Origin: Candidatus Binatus sp.
Lineage (GTDB): Bacteria > Desulfobacterota > Binatia > Binatales > Binataceae
Reading direction: 5' to 3'
Assembly: GCF_036567905.1 (NCBI RefSeq)
Contig: NZ_DATCTO010000034.1
Coordinates: 10,085-74,084, forward strand
Length of the DNA stretch: 64,000 nucleotides
Numbering within the stretch: the stretch's first letter is position 1; each line of letters starts with the position of its first letter. Of the stretch, positions 59,376 through 64,000 are shown one piece after another. The notes below the pieces were generated by a model. The model was not told where the DNA came from. It made no database searches and worked only from the letters and a program-made list of their open reading frames with translations. The position numbers and the translations under genes were made by a program.

Positions 59376-59918
59376 TTACGGTTTCGTTCCGCCCAGAAAC
59401 GTTCCGTCAGTGTCGCGGGCTGCCCGCGCGGCTCGCGCGCGACCACCGGCTGCAAAGCGTTCGTAGTCGGCGAGGTTCGCCTCGGACTTTTCTGACTCCG
59501 GCATGAAGGTGCCGTCGAAATACCGCCACGCGCTCCGGGCGCGAGCGAGTCCGCCAGCGCGACCGCGCGGGAGTGGCGCTCTCATCGCTTGAGCAAATTT
59601 CTCGACCGCGCCACCGATGACCGGCGCGACCTGCGCCGCTCCGACGATCTGCGCCGCGAGAATTCGAAGCTGGCGCTCGCTCTCGACTCTGGCGCGGACT
59701 TCCGCGTGCTCGCGCTCAAGTCGCTGGATGCGGCAGAGCAAATCGCTGGTAGTGTGATCTGGTGTGCGTCTGTCGCTGCGATCGAGTAGCCACATGTCGC
59801 TGGATTGTACGCTCGAAGTTGGCGCTCGGAAACGCTTGGAATCTGCCCATCCATACGCGCTGGAGCGAAGCGCTTGCGAAGCGCCGTAATCCCCGCTCCA
59901 CCATCGGGCGTTGAACAT
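59376..59918 (-). CDS. hypothetical protein
   Basis: Its stop sits within the RBS of the next gene, implying coupling. There is no SD at 59918 or at the internal ATG 59795, so the start is uncertain. Confidence 0.4.
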   Translation of the reverse strand: MFNARWWSGDYGASQALRSSAYGWADSKRFRAPTSSVQSSDMWLLDRSDRRTPDHTTSDLLCRIQRLEREHAEVRARVESERQLRILAAQIVGAAQVAPVIGGAVEKFAQAMRAPLPRGRAGGLARARSAWRYFDGTFMPESEKSEANLADYERFAAGGRARAARAARDTDGTFLGGTKP

Positions 59919-59948
59919 CGATTCGAGTTGCGGCTATGTAGTTGCTGT

Positions 59949-60650
59949 ATGCGGGGATTCACCAGCAAGCTCCGTGGACGGGCGGTAGCGGGCCTCCTGG
60001 TCGTATTCACGGCGGCGATTGCGACCTTGGCGACGGCGCAAAAGGCGCAAAGCACGGACCTGACCACGCCTTCGTTTCTGGTTGCCACCCCCGATCTTCA
60101 GGATCCGCTGTTTCAGCACGCCGTCATCTTGATGATCCCGTCCACCGAGCCGCCGCTGCTCGCCGGCGTCATAATCAACAGTCCGGCCAAAGTGCGGGTT
60201 CGGGATATGTTCCCGCAAGCGCGCCAGCTCAAGCTCACGCAGGAAACGATGTACCTGGGCGGGCCGGTGGAACCTGACGAGCCGTCAGTGATCTTTCGCG
60301 CGTCGTCGGCGCCCGCTTCCGCGACGCGAATTTTCGACGACACTTACGTCGCCACCGGCCACGACGCCATCGCCGGGATCCTGAAGGACCCGCAATTCGC
60401 CGATCTCCGCGTCATTTTAGGCAAGGCTCAGTGGTTGCGCGATCAGCTCCTCAGCGAGGTTATGCGGGGCGCGTGGTACGTGGTCCCGGCCAAGTCCGAG
60501 CTGATTTTCAGCGATCCAAAGGATTTATGGTCCACCCTGGTCCGGGGCGGCGATCTTCAGGAAGCCGAAGCAGGGCAGGCACCCGCGCCGAATTTGCCTC
60601 AATGGCGTTTCGATGCTACAAACTGGCAGCGTCTAATCTCACCCAATTGA
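59949..60650 (+). CDS. YqgE/AlgH (DUF179) family protein with predicted signal peptide
   Basis: ATG 59949. N-terminus RGRAVAGLLVVFTAAIATLATAQ, then FLVATPDLQDPLFQHAVILMI...AGVIINSP...YLGGPV. Confidence 0.7.
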   Translation: MRGFTSKLRGRAVAGLLVVFTAAIATLATAQKAQSTDLTTPSFLVATPDLQDPLFQHAVILMIPSTEPPLLAGVIINSPAKVRVRDMFPQARQLKLTQETMYLGGPVEPDEPSVIFRASSAPASATRIFDDTYVATGHDAIAGILKDPQFADLRVILGKAQWLRDQLLSEVMRGAWYVVPAKSELIFSDPKDLWSTLVRGGDLQEAEAGQAPAPNLPQWRFDATNWQRLISPN

Positions 60651-60704
60651 TTGGCAAGGCGGTTGATCCCGCGCCGCGCAGAACTTCTCAAGGGGACACC
60701 ATCA

Positions 60705-61133
60705 ATGACACGCTTCAAGGAACGCAGTTTCGGTCACGTGCTTCGTGAGCGCCGCCGGCAGCTCGACCTGACCCAGGAAGAGGTCGCGCGCCGGATCAAG
60801 ACTTCCACGCCGTACATCGGACACCTCGAATCGGGCAAACGCCACCCGTCGGACAAGATCGTAACCCGACTTGCCGAAGTGCTCGGGCTCGATCGGCGGG
60901 AACTATTTTTTCTGGCCAATCCGCGCGCGCAGGCGATCCTCAGCCCTGAGCCCGAGACCGACGCGAAGTCGGCGTGGGAAGATTTCCGCAAGGACGATCA
61001 AATCAGGCGCATCCACAGCATCTCGGGCGACGAGATGGAAATGCTGTCGCGCGTGTCGCTTCTCGGCGACGTGAAATCGCCGCGCGACTTCATCTATATA
61101 CTCAACACGGTTCGTCACGCGGTCGGCAGATAG
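60705..61133 (+). CDS. XRE-family HTH transcriptional regulator
   Basis: ATG 60705 after aagggga. FGHVLRERRRQLDLTQEEVARRIKTSTPYIGHLESGKRHPS. Confidence 0.75.
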   Translation: MTRFKERSFGHVLRERRRQLDLTQEEVARRIKTSTPYIGHLESGKRHPSDKIVTRLAEVLGLDRRELFFLANPRAQAILSPEPETDAKSAWEDFRKDDQIRRIHSISGDEMEMLSRVSLLGDVKSPRDFIYILNTVRHAVGR

Positions 61134-61251
61134 CAGGTTCAGATCGTCCTTCCAAAGCCGTCGGCCGCCGCCACGCCCGTCGCCCCCAACACGAAAATTG
61201 CGGCGCTGAGCAGACCGATCATGGTCGCGGTGGCGAGCGCCTCGACGCCCG

Positions 61252-61593
61252 CTATCGTCGCGAACCGGTCAGTCCCAGTGCGGTGCGCAGCTTTTGTTTG
61301 AGCAGTTCAATGAGTTTGTCTTCCCAGCAGACGTAGTTGTCGGGAACGTCGAGCACCAACACTTTCCCCGCGTGCGCTTCGCCGAACCGGTCGCGGATAT
61401 GCCGGCGATGCGCCTCTTCCATGACGCAAATCACGTCGGCCTCCTCGACCAGCTCCAGACTGACCGGATTGCGCGCCCACGGTTCCGTACCTGCCGATGT
61501 AACCCACATCGGAGCGCACATTTCCGCCAGCACCATCGCGGCCGTCGGGCTGCGATCCAGATTACCGGTACAAACCATCAGCACCTTCTTCAT
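61252..61593 (-). CDS. low-molecular-weight phosphotyrosine phosphatase / ArsC-like
   Basis: VLMVCTGNLDRSP (CX5R-S P-loop). Confidence 0.7.
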   Translation of the reverse strand: MKKVLMVCTGNLDRSPTAAMVLAEMCAPMWVTSAGTEPWARNPVSLELVEEADVICVMEEAHRRHIRDRFGEAHAGKVLVLDVPDNYVCWEDKLIELLKQKLRTALGLTGSRR

Positions 61594-61809
61594 GGGAATC
61601 GATTATGCAGGATGCTTCGTCATCTCGACATAGCCTTCAGCGTGGCCCTGGTCGGCTGCTTTCGCTTCGAGGTCAATAATGCAGGCCAGGCGCGGCAGTC
61701 ACGCGCGATCTGATTGCGCCCGTATATTCAGATGACGCACCGCCGCGCAGTGATTTTCAAGCCGGCATATTTCGCCAAGATCCCCGCACCTCCAATCGGG
61801 CCGCGCCGA

Positions 61810-62472
61810 TCACACGCAGCCGCCTATCCAAATCACTCGGCCGATGATTTTCACCGTGGACACTACCATCGCTTCGTACTTCGGATTGTCGCTGCGCACC
61901 AGCAACTTTCCGTCCGGACGCCGCTGGATTCGCTTCACCGTAAGCCCGCCGTCATGGCGCAACAGATAGATCCCGTCCTGTCTGAAGCGCGGCTCCGCCA
62001 GATTGGCGAGTATCAGGTCCGAATCCTCGACCGTCGGCGCCATCGAATCGCCCACTACCTCGATCAAAATTAAGTCGCGCGACTCCGTGTTCAGCCGCTG
62101 CTTGACCCAGCCCGCGCGGAACGCGATCGAGTCCACCACCTGGTCGCTGCGAAGTATCCCGTCGCGCCCGCTCGAAAATCGAATCCGGTTGCGCGGCATG
62201 AAGATGAAGTCGCCGTGTTCAACTGCCCGCGTGATCGCCTGCGCACTCTGCGCCGCCTCCGCGCCCGTCGCCAGCCATTCCACCGACACCCGCCCCGCTC
62301 GCGCCAGCGCCATCAGGTTCGCGGCGCTCGGGTTTCCCGTGCCCTTTAACCATTTGTAGATTGCGTTGTCCGATACCCCGACCGCGGTCGCCGCCGCGAC
62401 CACCGAGCCGAATGAATGGATCACCTGCGTCAGCCGGGCGCGGAATTCTGCGTCAACTACTGTGGTTGACAT
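61810..62472 (-). CDS. phage CI/LexA-like repressor (HTH plus S24 peptidase)
   Basis: N-terminal HTH AAATAVGVSDNAIYKWLKG. C-terminal GDSMAPT...VKRI Ser/Lys dyad. Confidence 0.8.
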   Translation of the reverse strand: MSTTVVDAEFRARLTQVIHSFGSVVAAATAVGVSDNAIYKWLKGTGNPSAANLMALARAGRVSVEWLATGAEAAQSAQAITRAVEHGDFIFMPRNRIRFSSGRDGILRSDQVVDSIAFRAGWVKQRLNTESRDLILIEVVGDSMAPTVEDSDLILANLAEPRFRQDGIYLLRHDGGLTVKRIQRRPDGKLLVRSDNPKYEAMVVSTVKIIGRVIWIGGCV

Positions 62473-62500
62473 AAATCTCCTAGTGTGAAATAAGATTTAT
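62471..62500. promoter_or_regulatory. AT-rich inverted repeat (candidate operator) at the repressor start
   Basis: ataaatct (62471-62478) and agatttat (62493-62500) flank 14 nt, in the divergent region between the repressor and the rightward genes. Confidence 0.3.
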
Positions 62501-62790
62501 AAAACGCATGATCTTGCCACAAGCAAACCACTCTCTATTAAAGCCCAAACCCCCGCCCCCAAAAGCGCGTTCAATCTCCCCCGGTCGCCGTGCCATCTCT
62601 TCGTCAGCTTACCCCACACCGCTCGCCACTGATCGATCTTACCGCCTACACACTTTTAGCCTAGTTCGAGACTCAGCGCCCGCTGCGGCGACGACTTTTC
62701 TTTTCAGTTCGACCAGCCCGCCCGCTCAGTTTTCTTCGCTCCCTTCATCGCTACGCTGTCCGATATTCCCCCAACTCGCGCGGAGGATTT

Positions 62791-63012
62791 ATGGAACCCG
62801 CGGCCGCTCCCGTTCGCCTCACCGTTTCTAATCGCCTCGTTGCTTGTCTGTGGTGTCACGCGACCACCACCCACGCCGACGTAATTCGCAACCACGGCCT
62901 GTGCCAAAGCTGCGTCCACGATAACCGCGAGATTAGTTGGCGTCTGGTTTACGACCGCGATCGCAATATCGGCTCGATTCCCTCCAATCTTCGCGTCGCG
63001 TACGGCTTATGA
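62791..63012 (+). CDS. small zinc-ribbon protein
   Basis: GGAGGA SD 5 nt upstream. CLWC...CQSC. Confidence 0.55.
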   Translation: MEPAAAPVRLTVSNRLVACLWCHATTTHADVIRNHGLCQSCVHDNREISWRLVYDRDRNIGSIPSNLRVAYGL

Positions 63013-63512
63013 ACGCCGTCCCCAGCCGGATGCCCGCGCTCGACCGTGCCCTGTCGATGGCGCCGCGTTTCAATCCTTTCCCGGCCGCCGCGCGGACCTC
63101 GCTCTTCGATCAGATCGGTCATTCAATCGGTGACGACGCCGCCGACAAGCTGATCGCGGATTTCGGCGGCCGCCGCTTGTACATCCCGGTAGCTCCCGCA
63201 CCCGGCGACCTGGTCACGCGCTCCATTGGGCTGCCCGCGGCGCTGGCGATGGCGCGCGTGTTTGGTGGCGATCGCCTGTTGATTCCGGTCACCAGCAATC
63301 AGGCGCGCCGGCGCGTGCGAATTGTCGCGATGCGTGCCGACCACGTCAGCATCTCGCGCATCGCCCACGAACTCCGATGCACTGAGCGATACGTGTACAA
63401 GGTGCTCGCCCTTTATCGCGCTCCCGAAACCCCGGCCGCCGCGCCGGCCGCGTCAACGTCCGCGCCGATCGCCGAGCGATTGAAACGTGGACCCATCAAG
63501 CAGCGGTTCTGA
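63009..63512 (+). CDS. Mor-family-like transcriptional activator
   Basis: ATGA overlap with the upstream stop. ADFGGRRLYIPV... and a C-terminal HTH ISRIAHELRCTERYVYKVL, the pattern I associate with phage Mu Mor/C. Confidence 0.55.
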   Translation: MNAVPSRMPALDRALSMAPRFNPFPAAARTSLFDQIGHSIGDDAADKLIADFGGRRLYIPVAPAPGDLVTRSIGLPAALAMARVFGGDRLLIPVTSNQARRRVRIVAMRADHVSISRIAHELRCTERYVYKVLALYRAPETPAAAPAASTSAPIAERLKRGPIKQRF

Positions 63513-64000
63513 CGCCTACAGCCCTGAATTTTTGACCGCCGTCGAATGCGTGCTCGCCAACGAGGGTGGCTATTCGTCCAATCCGGCCGACCCCGGCGGC
63601 GCCACCAACTTCGGAATTTCAGCCCGTTCGCATCCCGGACTCGCGGTCGCGGACCTCACCCGCGACGCGGCGGTGGAAATCTACTGGCGTGAATGGTGGT
63701 TGCGATTCGGATTTGCCCGCTTGCCCGCCGCGGCCGCGGCCAAGACCTTCGATCTCGCCGTCAACATGGGCGCCGGCGACGCGATCCGATGCCTTCAGCG
63801 GGCGCTGCGCGCGTGCGGCCTGCCCGTGACCGAAGACGGCGTGATTGGCGCCGACACCGCGGCCCAGACCGCGCGCGCTGATCCGGCCGCTCTGATCGCG
63901 GCGTTGCGTTCGGAGCTGGCGGCGCATTACCGGCTTGTCGCTGCCAACCAGGGCAAGAACCAAAACAAGTTCATCAAAGGATGGCTCACGCGTGCATACC
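63487..64000 (+). CDS. GH108-family lysozyme (phage endolysin-like), truncated by the window end
   Basis: My own translation from GTG 63487: ...FLTAVECVLANEGGYSSNPADPGGATNFGIS...EIYWREWW...FDLAVNMG, followed by PG_binding_3-like LRACGLPVTEDGVIGADT. There is no stop in the window. Confidence 0.75.
   Translation, partial: MDPSSSGSDAYSPEFLTAVECVLANEGGYSSNPADPGGATNFGISARSHPGLAVADLTRDAAVEIYWREWWLRFGFARLPAAAAAKTFDLAVNMGAGDAIRCLQRALRACGLPVTEDGVIGADTAAQTARADPAALIAALRSELAAHYRLVAANQGKNQNKFIKGWLTRAY

Larger units (their letters stand above)
61810..64000. mobile_element. left part of a prophage or phage-tail-bacteriocin (tailocin) region
   Basis: An S24 repressor faces a rightward Zn-ribbon, Mor-like and GH108 lysin module. 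The boundaries are not visible. Confidence 0.5.

Noticed and set aside
62508-62831. 107-aa Pro/Ser-rich plus-strand ORF
   Set aside because: It has low-complexity composition and no SD. It lies in the repressor/early-operon control region and overlaps the better-supported Zn-ribbon gene start.

Overview
High-GC, Gram-negative-type chromosomal segment: envelope, sigma-54 and c-type cytochrome genes, no rRNA and one tRNA. Coding calls rest on my reading of the supplied translations plus my own translation of the two window edges.

Layout:
- 1-27.3 kb: ordinary housekeeping and metabolic genes. These include an NtrB/NtrC-like pair split by a 1-kb repeat-filled spacer, mltD-like, moeA, ispF, tatD and a QueT-like ECF transporter. 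Also present are a deoxyhypusine-synthase-like gene, two family-III CoA-transferases, pepP, a beta-carbonic anhydrase and a long minus-strand operon ending in an M50 protease and a SAM hydrolase.
- 27456-27530: tRNA-Gly(CCC).
- 27.7-32.8 kb: five-gene lipid/lipoprotein-type ABC export operon (flippase-like, LolA-like, two FtsX permeases, ATPase).
- 34.1-52.6 kb: tightly coupled minus-strand operon FAAL -> ACP-KS-AT-DH-KR-ACP PKS -> free-standing C -> C*-A-T-C-A-T-TE NRPS -> MbtH -> type II thioesterase -> Sfp-type PPTase.
- 53.1-57.7 kb: envelope-stress-like cluster (BON proteins, small Ser/Thr-rich lipoproteins, an unlisted DUF3309-like mini-ORF, a Tyr/Pro repeat protein, a Spy/CpxP-like protein).
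- 58.3-59.9 kb: low-GC three-gene cassette of unknowns.
- 61.8 kb to the window end: prophage- or tailocin-type module (S24 repressor, Zn-ribbon protein, Mor-like activator, GH108 lysin).

The most interesting candidate is the hybrid lipopeptide cluster. It has two back-to-back condensation domains, one lacking HHxxxDG, and a neighbouring exporter.

No CRISPR array, integrase, transposase or reverse transcriptase was seen. Many long ORFs in the track are antisense artefacts of high-GC DNA and were rejected.
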